Shown here one piece after another: positions 12,657 to 25,325 of a stretch of 64,000 nucleotides of DNA. The translations under genes were made by a program, and so were the position numbers. The notes below the pieces were generated by a model. It was given only the letters and a program-made list of their open reading frames with translations. It was not told the DNA's origin and did not search any database. Numbering within the stretch: the stretch's first letter is position 1; each line of letters begins with the position of its first letter. Source of the stretch: Balanoglossus misakiensis. Lineage: Eukaryota; Animalia; Hemichordata. Location of the stretch: the NCBI GenBank assembly GCA_040954595.2, contig CM082584.2:9068961-9132960 (forward strand). The letters run 5' to 3'.

Positions 12657-15600
12657 GTGGTGCAATGCTTGTAGTGGATGCTGCGATGTAGTTGATTCCA
12701 CACACCGTGGTTGAATTGACAAGCTACCACCTAGTGTATCTTGCTTCGGGACACAGGCGCATAAACAGAGATTTTTTTTAGGGTGGGGTCTGTTGGTCAG
12801 TGCAGTGAGTAAGCAGAAATTGTGTAATAATAGCCGAGTGGTCACTGGTTGTGTGTTATGGTTTGCAGTTACCGGTCCCCGCAGCCCTGCCCAGCAGTGG
12901 ACCCGCAGCTAGCCAGTGCAGCAGTGTCTTTTTGCATATAGTATGTTTTACACGAGAAATATGAGGGTTGTGTCTGAGTAAATTTATATGCTGTGCAGCC
13001 ACAAATTATTTTTAGTCAGTTTACTTTTATGTTCAGTGGTGAATTAAATACATAAATTATAATACGGGATTTAAAAAAAACTGCATTTGCATGTGTAAGT
13101 ATTAAGGCCCCCTGAATCACTCATGGCCATATGTAAATAACACTATTGACAGAGTTGAATGTTAATTTAATGCCAGTAGTATGATCGATTTTATGTGTAT
13201 TGTATGGCCTCCTCAGTTGTCAACTGCACTGTTTGCAGCAGTTACTCAGCATTTTGTGAATCAACATTTGTACAACCCGTGGTCTCCCATTGCAGTGTCA
13301 GACATATTTTCCAAATTTTATTTGAAGATCATACGAAATCGAACCCAACGAGAAAATTTTGATTTTACACTCTCACTAGTCCATTTCAATATTCTGATTG
13401 CTAGGTGTTAGATTCTCTGGTGAATACCGTGTAAATTATTTACCCGTAAGTGCTGTAATGTAATTAAGTTCATTAATATACAGCCATTACACTGTGCATC
13501 CGTGTGTGTGAATTTCAGTGTCAAAACGTATAATGTTTTGCAGGGTGTGAAGTTTCCCGGAGAACTTTTCTCATAACCTTGGTCCATTGTTATGCCACTT
13601 TTGTTCACTCTTTCGAAAAGAAACATTGAACATGTGATAAGTGTTTGGTTGAAGTATAGCTAACTTGTCAAACTGGAATTTGTCCATCTTGAAAGCGGAT
13701 TTAAACATGATAATCCTCTGTCAACATCAACTCCCCTAGAACATGTAGAAATGTACACTGATTGTGTTCAACTTCAAGTCCAGACTTGAATGTGATTGTC
13801 AACATTACAGTGAAATGGTGATTGTACAGAAATACACAATTTATTGTAAAACAGGAAACTGGACATTTTGGTATTCATGTCAAAGATAGGCAGAAGTTAC
13901 TGAGATTGTTTAAATATTATGCCCGGTACATTTTTTAAATATTAATATATATTGCATCATGGACATTTTTGTAGCACAATGAAAGAAGGAGCTATTTTTG
14001 CGAGGAAGAAAATTTATGCCACTGCATATTAACACATTATTACCTTGGTAATGTGTAATTTTCAACAACAATCAAGTTCATTTTCTCAAGGGAATGCCTG
14101 CTAATTGATGCAGATTTTTCATTAGCAATTATTCAAGCGTCAGACACACCACAGTCACTCACTGTGTGGAGTGACTGTGACTGTCGACAAACTACTGAGC
14201 TCATGAATGGGCCATTTTCACATCATAAAAAATGCAAGTCTGGACAAAAGCTCTTTAAACACGTCTGATCCAAGTGTGATTGATCAGGTGCAGGTTTTTA
14301 GCACGTGAAACAGGTTTATGGAAATCAGAGGGCAGGGTTTACCAAATTGCATCTTGTTTAGGGCTAGAAATAACTTATTAGGGCTATAAATAACTAGTTC
14401 AGATATTTAGTTTTATGAAGATGTGTTTGCGGGGGTTATCCTGTGAGCTTCAACGAGAAATATGCTTTTTAAAACAATTACGCCGGTAACATACAATGTA
14501 ACTGTAGTGTTAGAAGTATGATTTCACTGAAAATATTCCGAAGTTGAAGGAATTGTTTGGGTTGAGCAAGTAAGCAGTAAGGCAGATTACCCACTGGCAT
14601 TCCTGTACATGGAGAGTAAAAAAAAATTTGTACAGTACTTTCCATAATTAGCACCCGAGGCACGAGGTTACTCAGTACCTGTCTGTGCCAGGCAGACTGA
14701 AATAATTTCATGCCAGGTCACATGATCCTTTTAGAGGAACAATACAGTGTTTCGTCCGACTTCAATGCGCATTGTTATCTCAGTCTGCCTTTTGATGACT
14801 CAACTTGGGAATTTATAGAAAAGTTTTTGCATTATCAGTTTCACCAATAAGGCCTAGAGGGCAGGGTGGTTGTTACCGTGGGAATAAAATACAACTGGGC
14901 CTGGCCCATTTACTGTTTGTTATTAGGTTGGAACTCTGCTTCACCCAAAATGTTTGGCACTTTTTAATACATTTTTTGTGTCACTCAAAACAAAAATATT
15001 TGACATTGTGAAGCTAACTTGAAAATCTGACTGTGGTGTACAACATGCTCCATCCATGTGTTAATTTTCTTTCAGTTCCTCTCAGACACAGTAATCTAAA
15101 CTCTATCTTCGAATCCCAGGTTATTTTTGACTAGAAACATGTCAACACTTTCTGATATTTCAAAAATACAGGAACAGTGAAAGGAAGCACATTTTCTTCG
15201 GTGTAATGATATACTATCTCATTTTTAAAAAATTCATTCTCAAATATCACTTGTGTTTTTTGACCAAAAATATTTCAACGTAAATGTTGTCAAAATGTGT
15301 GTTCAAAGGAGGAAGTGGTTAAAATGTACCTGCATGTGTTTCAAATGTTTTCCTTTTTGGTGTTGGTGGTTGCAAAATGCAGAGAACGCTTGTGATAGAT
15401 ATTAATATTACTGTACGGTACCAGATGTTTAAATTGTATTATTCACAAGTCTGTATTTAGCTACCAATATTTCATTGTTACTGGCAGTGATGTGCTGTTG
15501 GATAAAATTCCACATGGTAGTTCTTATATTTTTAGGCTATGTTAATTAGCTACATAAATTAAATCGGTCAAACTGCCATGGTATGTATTTAATTAAACAC

Positions 15601-15873
15601 AGGCAAAATGTGTAGAATCTATCAACACTATGCCAAGTAAGTGTGGTATGTGCTTTGGATTGAACACAGCCATCGCATATATTATTGACCGTAAATATGC
15701 TGTAATTGAATTGCTTTTTTTTTACTGTGGTAGAATTTATCGGTATACCCGTATAGGGGTCCAATTGAAGAAATTTATTCATTTCAAAGATGATGATTGC
15801 CTGATTAACATTAAAAGTATAATTCACATTTGTATGATGTCTGTTGGATTTCACAGGTCACCACTAAGTCACC

Positions 15874-18800
15874 ATGCTGAGGTCTTCGCTTCTATTCCTG
15901 ACGTGTTTGGGGTTTGTGTCCAGCTACCCCTCTGGACCTCCGACGTCCGTCTGTTTAAGCATGTTTCCCGGGCACGGAGTACCTGCTCAGACAACAGCAT
16001 CTCCATACTCTATTACTGTCACCAATACTTCCTACAGTGCTGGAGACACTATCGAGGGTATGTATCAATGATGAAAAAATAATATTCTGATTTGTTAAAA
16101 GTTAGGTGTCAATAGCAACTTTGGTTGCAGGCATTGTAAAATGGGAAATAACCACATACCCATGTATTTAAAAACTATATCTTGACAGTGACATTGTCAA
16201 CAAGTGCTGGTGATATCCGTGGGTACATGTTGCAAGCCAGAAGAGCCGACTGGTCAGCTGACCAGGATGAACCAATCGGATCATTCCAAGATTTGCCAAG
16301 TGGAGGAAATGCCCAGTTTATAGAATGTTCCAATGCAGATGTAAGTTTATGATTACATTACTTTTTTTTTAATAATCCAAATGTTTGGTCTTGAAAAACT
16401 GGGAAGAATCTTGATATTTCAAAATGGCTGCTGAGCAAGTTGGGTGTTACCACAGTGACATCTGACCTGTGGTATTCTGCTTGAAGGATGAACTCAAGTT
16501 GTACTGTGGCTGTCAGGTTTTTATATTTAGACATTCTGAACATCAAAGAAAACATAAATTTGCTCTAAAATTTTTATTTTTGTCGTTTTATATTATGTAG
16601 GATACATTTGCTCACAGTAGCGCTGCTACAGCTGTGTCATCTCTGACCGTCACCTGGGTTGCACCGTCTCCATCTGATGGCCACATCAGGTTTAGGTGAG
16701 GATGGAATACTTTGACTTCAGTTGTACTGAACACTATTGATTCAGCCTTGCTGCAGATTAGTTCACCCAAGTCTTCAAACACATTTTACCTCAGAAAACA
16801 GTGGATTAATACCGGTGTCTTCCCGTCTGATTTTCAGAGCTACGGTAGCAGAGGGTAAAGACACGTTTTGGACAGATATTTATTCTGAGACTGTAGACGA
16901 TCCCACTGCAGCAACCATAGGACCAACTCCAACACCGCCTAGTGTAAGTCTCAATCCTGTTCTCATTTGCACTGGAGTCTCTCTGTAATGCAATGCCGGT
17001 AATATGGTGGATGAAGTTACGATTAACACCAAGGCCAACCACATACGGTGCAAGGTTTCTGTTGGTTTCGAACTTGGCAGCTATATAATCAGTGCATTCA
17101 CACGCATTGTCAAGATGCATGTGAACATACACACCCCTGTAGTGAGGTTAGATCACATAGAACAGTTGTTAAGATTTGCCCGCCTGTCATCACTATGAAA
17201 AATGATCCCTACAATGCATTGCTTAGTAGTATCAAATTGAGAACTTGTGAAATGCCTGTATACTGAGTGTAAGTGGTTTCTTTGTGATAGGGTGTAACCG
17301 GACCTTCTGATCTGGTGACAACTAGTGGTTGTGGAACTACAAAAGGTTGTTATGCTGATCCCGTCGGCTGCTCCGACAAAGATGACTGTACTACCCTCAT
17401 AACATGGAGAGAGGATGGCGATGATGTCGTCTTTCAAATGTTAGGACGAATGGCTTCAGGGAATGAATATATTGCCATTGGGTTTTCAAGGGATCAGTCA
17501 ATGGTAGGTACCGGAACTTGCCTGTCTAACTTTGTCTTTGTCTGTCAAATGAACGACAACCTGTATTTGAGTGGCCGCCTGTGCAGAACAAAGTATTATA
17601 GTGCAGTTTCACTCTATTTCTCGTATAGGGAGATGATGATGTTTGGGCCTGCGTGAATGATGGCGGTTCAGTTGTCTTGGATCACTCAAACAATGTTGGA
17701 AGAAGTAATGTCCGAGATACTCTGGTGAGTTTTGCAACTCAATCATCGAGGATAACGCTGAACAACTTTGATCGTGACTTTGATCTCAGTATCTTTACCA
17801 AATATGTTTGGACAGGTGAACAAAGATATGGCCTGCCGTTATCTAGAGTGCTTCCAATTCTCATTGTTGATATTTTTTAACTGTAGGATGACTCCTCTGC
17901 ACTGTCTGGGTCGTATGTAGACAGCGTAATACAGTGTCAGTTTACACGCAAGAAAGCTTCGTCGACCAGCCGAAGGAAGAGAGCTAGTAATGTCTTCTTT
18001 GATCTCAACGATCGGTACTACTTGTTCATCGCAAGTGGTCCTAAAGTTCCAGTGGCAACACGTAAGTGATTGATTTCAACATCTGGGATCTCTTGTCAGA
18101 GATCCCTAAATGGTGTATTTATTCGTGTAATTCAAAAGTTTGTCTCTGCAGTGTAAAACCATCACAGCATATGACAAAAAGATACCCATGTTACTTGAAC
18201 CCTTTCACCACCATGGTTCAGTCCAATCCCATTATCTCATTAGTTGCAATCCTCTCTTCCTTTTGATTTGAGCAGCCAGGGCTGATGGCTACCATTCTGT
18301 AAATTGTCTCTGTGAACTGAATCGTACACTGGCCTCGCTTCCTTATAAATCCACCAGTAAGGTCAAATGGGTTTTAAATGCCAGTATGCTGCATATGAGG
18401 CTACAGTGCCCCATTATCTCCATCCACCCAACACAAAGCTGACAGCAGATTTAACCTTGTAAGACCCATGCCTCTATTGTTGCAGTAGAAAAGTGCTGTT
18501 TCACATCCCCAGGGCCTAAGTCATCTCTTTAACATACCCATTGTATAACATGGTTGTTTCCTTTACAGCTTTCATTGGCAAACACAGTTCACTTCCTATC
18601 ATATCTAGCAGTAAGATAGATTTTACCAGCGATGACGTGGTGACAGGAACTGCAGGATCTCATCCCATGCTGAAGGCACATGGTAAGTTGATCCTACATA
18701 GAACTATTATCAATTCTCTGGTGAACATTCCTAGAATGATCAAATGAATCCGTTTTGGAGAACTTGAGAAGACATTGTTAATATTTTAAACCTCATAAAG

Positions 18801-21369
18801 TACGTGTACCTATTCTGAGGATATTTTTTTTAATTTCTTATTTCGTTCTTTTAATAGCATCTTTGATGGTGTTTGCTTGGATCGGACTGACTACCACGGG
18901 TATCATCATTGCTAAGTTCTTCAAAGAAATGTGGCCCAACTCTACACTTGGAGGTCAAAAAGTCTGGTTCACAGTAAGTATGGTCTTTTGTTCTTGATTG
19001 CATGTGTGTCATGTGCATTAGCCAAATATATGAATGTACACTTTGTTGGGAGCGATAGACTACATATTCAGTTCCGCTAACACGGGAAGTGGTTCGGATA
19101 ATTCACGTACTACATTAAACCACGTGTTTTCATTTTCTTCACAGCTCCATAGAAGTATTATGGTGCTGAATGTCTTATGTTTCTGCACTGCGTTTGTCCT
19201 GATCTTCATTCATGTTGGAGGATTTGTCACATCAGATGTAAGTTGGAGCAACAAATAAGATGATTGTGAATGATAGTCAGAGCAGTGGTTTCAGTGTGTC
19301 CATTGGATGTTCCAAGTACTTGCAAAAATCTCACTGATTCCTTTATTATTAAGCCAAGTACAGCTCTAATGTACTAGTATTCATGTATTGTGTATTGCAG
19401 GCGTATGCCCATGCTATATGTGGTATCCTAGCGACATGTTTCGGAATCGCCAACCCAATAATGGCAGTCTTCAGACCCCATCCTGGTACTCCCAAGTAAG
19501 TACGACTGACATCATTCAAGCAAATCCACTCTTTTGCTATAATCCCATCTTATTTCAGCTGCTTATAACATTTAAAGTCTGTGAACGACGTACAGAACTT
19601 AATCTTACTGTGTTGTTTTTTTCAGACGTCCGATTTTCAATTGGGGTCATTTGGCTGTAGGAAATATAGCATATGGCCTTGCGGGTAAGTTCTCACAATT
19701 TTCTGACATAGCCAGGTCAAATCAATCATATTAATTAGGCACCATTCCATTCAACTCCCAGAGGAGAAAACAACAGCTCATATGTGCATCAAAACCCACA
19801 ACCGTTTGATCATGAGTCCCATACTCAAACCGCTGGACTATGATGAAAGCGTTCAAAGTGGGATCATTTTCTTGTGAAATTCGTCAAAGTGAATGTTCAT
19901 CTCTTTCTTTTGTTGACAGTTGCCTCAGTGTTCATTGGAATGGACTTGCCTGCCTTAGATCTCCCACAGTACACTACATGGGTTTTGATAGCGTTCCTGA
20001 TCTTCAATGCAATAATTCAGATATTGTTAGGAGTCTCTCAATACAACAGCAACAAGAAATGTAAGTAGGATTAATAGTGGTGTACAGCCATGTTAAGTTG
20101 TACAGGTATTTCATTTGATTTGATGGATCACAAAAGTTATATTATATCAGTGTGACATGGCCACAAATACATTTTTGTGATTGGTTGAGAGCCTGTTTTA
20201 ATTTATGCAAGCCATGGTTAAAAAGATCATAATGCACTGTTATATTTGCTGTACAAAACAGTAGCATTTTTCATCACTGTGAGTGTTAGATTTGAATCGG
20301 TTTCATCTCAGTATTTGCCATACATCCTGTGGCAGACTTCCTGCATCCATTTATGGGTTGTTACGCTTTGAAGCACCAGTCTTCTTATCAACAGGAATGC
20401 TGACTCAGTTACCCCTGCTTGTAGAGTCTACTGGTATCGGTTAGTTTGTGGCCTTCACTGGTGACAATATGGTCCCGATGCACGCACTGCTATTTTCTAA
20501 TCATATACCAGCATGGATTTGTTAGTGCCAATGTCTGTTTGAATTCAATGTTCAGTACATGTACTTGAATTGTCTTTTTTGGTGGTTTGACAGCCAAAAC
20601 CGAACACACACCAATGAAACAGTATGGAACGGACGGACCTCCTGAAGAAGGAAAAATGGAAGAAGAGCCAACAACAAAGCCTGATCCTCCTGTAAGTCAA
20701 GAATTTGTTTCTCTTTGTAAAATCTCTCGGCATACCACAGATGGTGCGACTATTCTGTGCATCCGTCTGTCAATCGACTGAATTTTTTATCCAGACCAGC
20801 TTTTGTACTGCATTGAGCATGTGTAGAATATATCCTTGTTTTGAGGTTCACTTTGACATTCCATGGATAATGACATTTTTTTCCCAGGGAATACTAGACC
20901 GATAGCATGCCACAAAATTAATTTAGCCAGATACCCCGGAGAGAAACGATTTCCAGGAAATTACTAAGGCTTTTGCTATACACTCCAGTATTACGCAACA
21001 GTTGGAATAAATTAAGGCATCAGATCTTTCTGGTTATGTGTAAAACCATATGGGATACCTAGTGATATGGGCTATAAATTGCTTCATGTATGTTATGATA
21101 CTGGATGATCCCTTGAGTTGAGCATCTGGAGGTATACTCGGTACTCACCAAGTGGTAAAATAAAAGTATTTCTTTTATCGTGGATAGAGGGCGCACCTGC
21201 AGAAAGGTTTCCCACAGAGTTGTATGCACTGATAGATTAACCGTCTTCCATTTTCCATGCATTTGCCTTCACATAGGATGCCTTGATTCGCATGTCATTA
21301 CTTGGAGGGTACATCTTTGTGACAGTGGCCGTGGTCCTGATGCTGATAATTGTTATTGCTCTGCACTAA
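15874..21369 (+). CDS. FRRS1: Ferric-chelate reductase 1-like protein (signal peptide, Reeler, DOMON, cytochrome b561, C-terminal TM; ~609 aa). Exons: 15874-16057, 16189-16340, 16601-16695, 16838-16943, 17291-17503, 17629-17724, 17887-18061, 18569-18682, 18858-18973, 19145-19237, 19401-19495, 19626-19684, 19920-20060, 20594-20691, 21277-21369
   Basis: Signal peptide then SYPSGPPTSVCLSMFPGHG (Reeler), RGYMLQAR, TWVAP; GCGTTKGC..YIAIGFSRDQSMGDDDVWAC (DOMON); b561 histidines in LKAHA, WFTLHR, YAHAICG and FNWGHL; RPHPGTPKRPIFNW. Total 1830 nt in frame. A possible non-coding first exon ends at a donor near 12228. Confidence 0.88.
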
Positions 21370-22860
21370 TAACAGTTACCGGTAAGATCAAGTCATTTGA
21401 TTTTTCAGCTGTAGTCTCTTTGACTAAAGGATGTACTGTCATTCTTTATTATTTAATGTTGTGAATCATTGGTTTTATTTTGGAGAATGTTTAGTAAATT
21501 TAATTTTGCCGGAGTACTGGTCGAGTTTACCTGCGAGAATCGATAGAGTGTTGGTCTCTATGCAGTCTAAAAACACTCCAAGTTGAAAATGATCACCACC
21601 ATCTCTTTCATTTTTCAGATTTGATGTCGTTGTCTGCATGGCCTGATGTGATTTCAACAGAAGCAAATGAATTGGAACAGCAACCAAGTAATTAGTTAGA
21701 CATTAAGTACATGTATACATAATGTAACTGTGGTTTAGAGACATTCAGAGATGATAGTTACTGCAGGTCACTTCAAAATCAGTTGATGGCTGCAGCAAAT
21801 ATTCTATGGTTGTCCTCTTTTTTATTTTGTATTATAAACTCAATGAACTATGTACATTCCGTACAACTTTGGCTCTGAAATCTTTTCTTACGGACACCTT
21901 TCTAATCAGGATATCTTTTTGATGAGGATTAATTTTTAAATCTCAAAATGCACAGGTTTAATACAATTTGAATAATGTCATCAATGGATGTTTAATATTA
22001 TCTTTAGGTAGCTTTAGTCACCATGACTGCCTTATGGCATATTTTCCATGACAGTAGGTCTTTACACATCTCAGGCATTTACAAAGGCCAGTAAGCTGGT
22101 TATCAACACTGACTGGAAATGTACAGTAAAATAATTGAACATATAAAATACAAGTAATAAATTCGATAACCACCAATACAAAATTTAAAGATTTTATTGT
22201 CAATGTGCCTCTGATTTTTGTACAGTCTGACCAGGATAAGTATTATTAAAATTAGCTTGTGATTTTATAAGACATTGCACAAAAGAGAACATCAAACTCT
22301 AGCAAGGAAATTTTAGGGAAAACACTTTTTTTCCTGGAGTGGTTCTGTTTTGAAAATCTCACTCAAAAGTTTCACATGGTTTTTATGATGAATTTTCATG
22401 AAATTTTAAATTCTATGTACATTTTATACTCTGCTAGCTGGTAGTGTATAAGACATTGATATGGAGTGTGGTCTGGATTGTGTAGGACTTGGAGTGTAGA
22501 ACTTGTGATAAGAATAATGCACTTCACAACATGTTTCATTGGTATAACAGAGATAATATTGTCAGATGTTCATGAATTCACTTCAGAAATATAGTGACAG
22601 TATCGTGGTTGTATTGTTAATGGTACAAATACATAAGATTTATGTTTTGTATTTTTGTAATCAAGAAAACACTCCTGCGACCATTATTGTACATTCTCAT
22701 TAATAAAATAGATTGCAGTTTCTTGCAAGGATGTGGTCAGTTCATACAAGTCAGCACAACATTTGAAAACTGCAGTTTAGTGTTATCACTGATTAGGACT
22801 GCATTTTATGCATCCATATTTTTTGATACTTGAAGCAACAATTGTTTTTATATTTAAACT

Positions 22861-24522
22861 TTAATCTTGGTACAATTTTATAACAATGCTGTTCAACTGA
22901 TTAGTGAAGGATTGAAATGAAAACTTGTCCAGCACTCTCTTGTGCCCCTCTTCACCGAGCCGATCGCGCAATTTTGCGTCTTTGACAAATTTGTCCATCT
23001 TGGCAGCGAACGCGCCGGCTTCTGGATCGCAGAGATAACCCGTTTTCTGATCAGCGATGGTTTCTAGGGGACCTCCGCTGTTCACAGCGATCACCGGCCT
23101 CTTAGTGTACATGGCCTCGATGGGAACGATGCCAAAATGCTCGTTGCTCGGTGTGTACAGCAAGCAGTCGCATTTATCGAGGAGAATTCTCTTTTCTGAA
23201 TCGCTGAATGACCTCAAGAAAGTGACGCTGTCGTTGAGGTTCAACTTCTCAACCAGTTCTCGCAGTTCCAAGTAGTGTTCGACGTTCTCGGTGACTCTGT
23301 CGTCGTAACCACCGGCCATCACTAAGTGGACTTTCTTGAAAACTTCATCCGACAGATTTTCTTTCAGTTTCCCTGAGAACAGAAACAAAGGTACAAAACA
23401 AACCACATATGTTACATCTGATGTATAGCCCAAAATCGGTGTTGCCAAATGTACAGAATTTCACTTTTGTGTTCAGGACAACTTGGTATGCAGCATTCTC
23501 TAGGAAAGATCCTGATGTGATTAAATGAGGGAGGCTAGTATATTTAAGATTAATTAGCATAATTACCAAGCTGATGCGCCCTCTACTCACCCATGGCTTC
23601 AATGGCCAGTGCCAAGTTTTTTTTCCGTTCGTATCGGTTGATGGATAAGAACATTGTTGAGTAGTTCTGTGGGATCAGGTCGCCTGCCTCTCCCACTGGT
23701 CCATCAAACGCCGCAAAATTCAACGACGGATACAGAACGTCCGGAATTATTCCAGATAGAGATTGGAACGTCATCTTGAATGTCTGGGCTGCAAAAAGAA
23801 GAGAACACGACATTAATTTGTGCGGGGCGCCCTCAACCAACAAGACATGACATGCTTTGTGGATCCCTTTAATCTTACTGACTGCACAAGTTCAATGAAC
23901 TCATTCATTCATTCATTCATAGGTACCTGTAAATTTACTGTTGACAAGCACACAGTCAGCCATGCCTGTAGTCTTCTCTTCCAACCAATCTATTGGAGCC
24001 CTGTACATCTTCTTCAAGAAGCTGACTCTCTTAGTGAGGAGTTGGTCAGGAAAGTGACAGTAGAATAAAACCTGGAAAAAACAAAACACCAATGGTTATT
24101 ATGTAATAAGGGTGAAGCTGATTTGATATATGAATCAGGAACACGTATCACACCCGGGGGGCACTCTTTACCTTAGCTTTCTTCATTTTAAGTATGGGTA
24201 CACAGGCTGAAATCTGATCACAGATCACCACGTCATAGACCAGTCCACTGAAGGCCACCAAGTACAAGGCGACATACATCATACGGATATACGCACACAT
24301 GGCATAGCAATAACCCAGGAAACTCCTTGGAAGCCAGTCGCCGACTGAAGACACGGATAACGTGCCATCTCGGGTCTCCTCGAAACAATGGCTGGGGTCA
24401 TGGTGAGCTGTCAGCATCTCTACGTCGTGGCCTTGTGATTTCAACGCCAAGGCGGCGTCGACGATCAGTCGCTCCGCGCCTCCGATGCCCAAATCGGGAT
24501 GGACGAAGACTACTTTCACCAT
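22861..24522 (-). CDS. ALG2: Alpha-1,3/1,6-mannosyltransferase ALG2 (~401 aa). Exons: 24522-24172, 24071-23927, 23788-23591, 23372-22861
   Basis: [100 protein letters not shown] (GT4 EX7E). Total 1206 nt in frame. Confidence 0.96.
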
Positions 24523-24636
24523 TGTTACTTTTAAACGATGCAAGAGACGCGGCACAGACACAAGCGCACGATCAGAGCGGGCCACGCGTAACGCATGAAG
24601 GCAAGTCACTGATTTCAGCTGCAGCTGATGCAACGC

Positions 24637-24646
24637 CACTTCCGGG
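24637..24646 (-). promoter_or_regulatory. ETS-like site (CCCGGAAGTG) upstream of ALG2
   Basis: Motif about 115 bp upstream of the ALG2 ATG. Motif match only. Confidence 0.4.
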
Positions 24647-24853
24647 TTGAGGAGGACAGTGAAAGGTGAAAGGTCACATCATACGACGGCGTACCGCACC
24701 GGGCTCCCACAACTCGTGCTGGGCTGACGACGCGACAGTGGCTGTGCAGTGGGTGGTAGGTGTCTCTACATTATCTCTGCTTCAAGATTTATAAAAAACA
24801 CACCAAGAAAACCGTACCTGTAAGCGTCCTGCATGCTCAGAAGGGCGTTGCTA

Positions 24854-25270
24854 ACGAGCGTGAAGTTGGCCTCATCCTCATCCTCAGCTTCAGCCTCATC
24901 CTCATCCTCATCCTCATCCTCAGCTTCGTGACCCAGCCTCAGCTTCGTGACCCTTCGTGACCCCAGCCTTAGCTTCGTGACCCCAGGAAGTAAACATGAA
25001 AATTATCCAAACGATCGGTAAAAAGAACAAATGGAGTCAAAAGAAGAAATTCAATCAATTATTTAGACTATCCCATGTAAATTATTTTACCTATATCGCT
25101 TTCGCTTCTTTTAGATCACATCAGATATACGAAATTCACGATAATTTTGAAATCTTCCTGAGGTCACGAAGCTGAGTCTGAGGTCACGAAGCTGAGGATG
25201 AGGATGAGGATGAGGATGAGGCTGGCGAAGCTGAGGATGAGGATGAGGATGAGGCCAACTTCACGCTCGT
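24854..25270. mobile_element. Non-autonomous DNA transposon (foldback/MULE-like MITE), 417 bp, long modular TIRs, 9-bp TSD GCGTTGCTA
   Basis: Termini ACGAGCGTGAAGTTGGCCTCATCC... and ...GGATGAGGCCAACTTCACGCTCGT are exact reverse complements. The arms are built from (CTCATC)n and CAGCTTCGTGACC subrepeats. Identical GCGTTGCTA at 24845-24853 and 25271-25279. Confidence 0.9.
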
Positions 25271-25309
25271 GCGTTGCTATGGGTAGGGCATACTACTATG
25301 TGGTAAAAG

Positions 25310-25325
25310 ATGGCGCCCCCTCGTG
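25310..25325 (+). CDS. Candidate distal alternative first coding exon of PKA-C (MAPPR-V)
   Basis: AAGATGGCG start context, 16 coding nt, strong G|GTAAGT donor in phase 1 matching PKA exon 2. No transcript evidence. Confidence 0.35.

Noticed and set aside
24760-24960. ORF with an LILILIL hydrophobic run
   Set aside because: This is the translation of the (CTCATC)n arm of the MITE.
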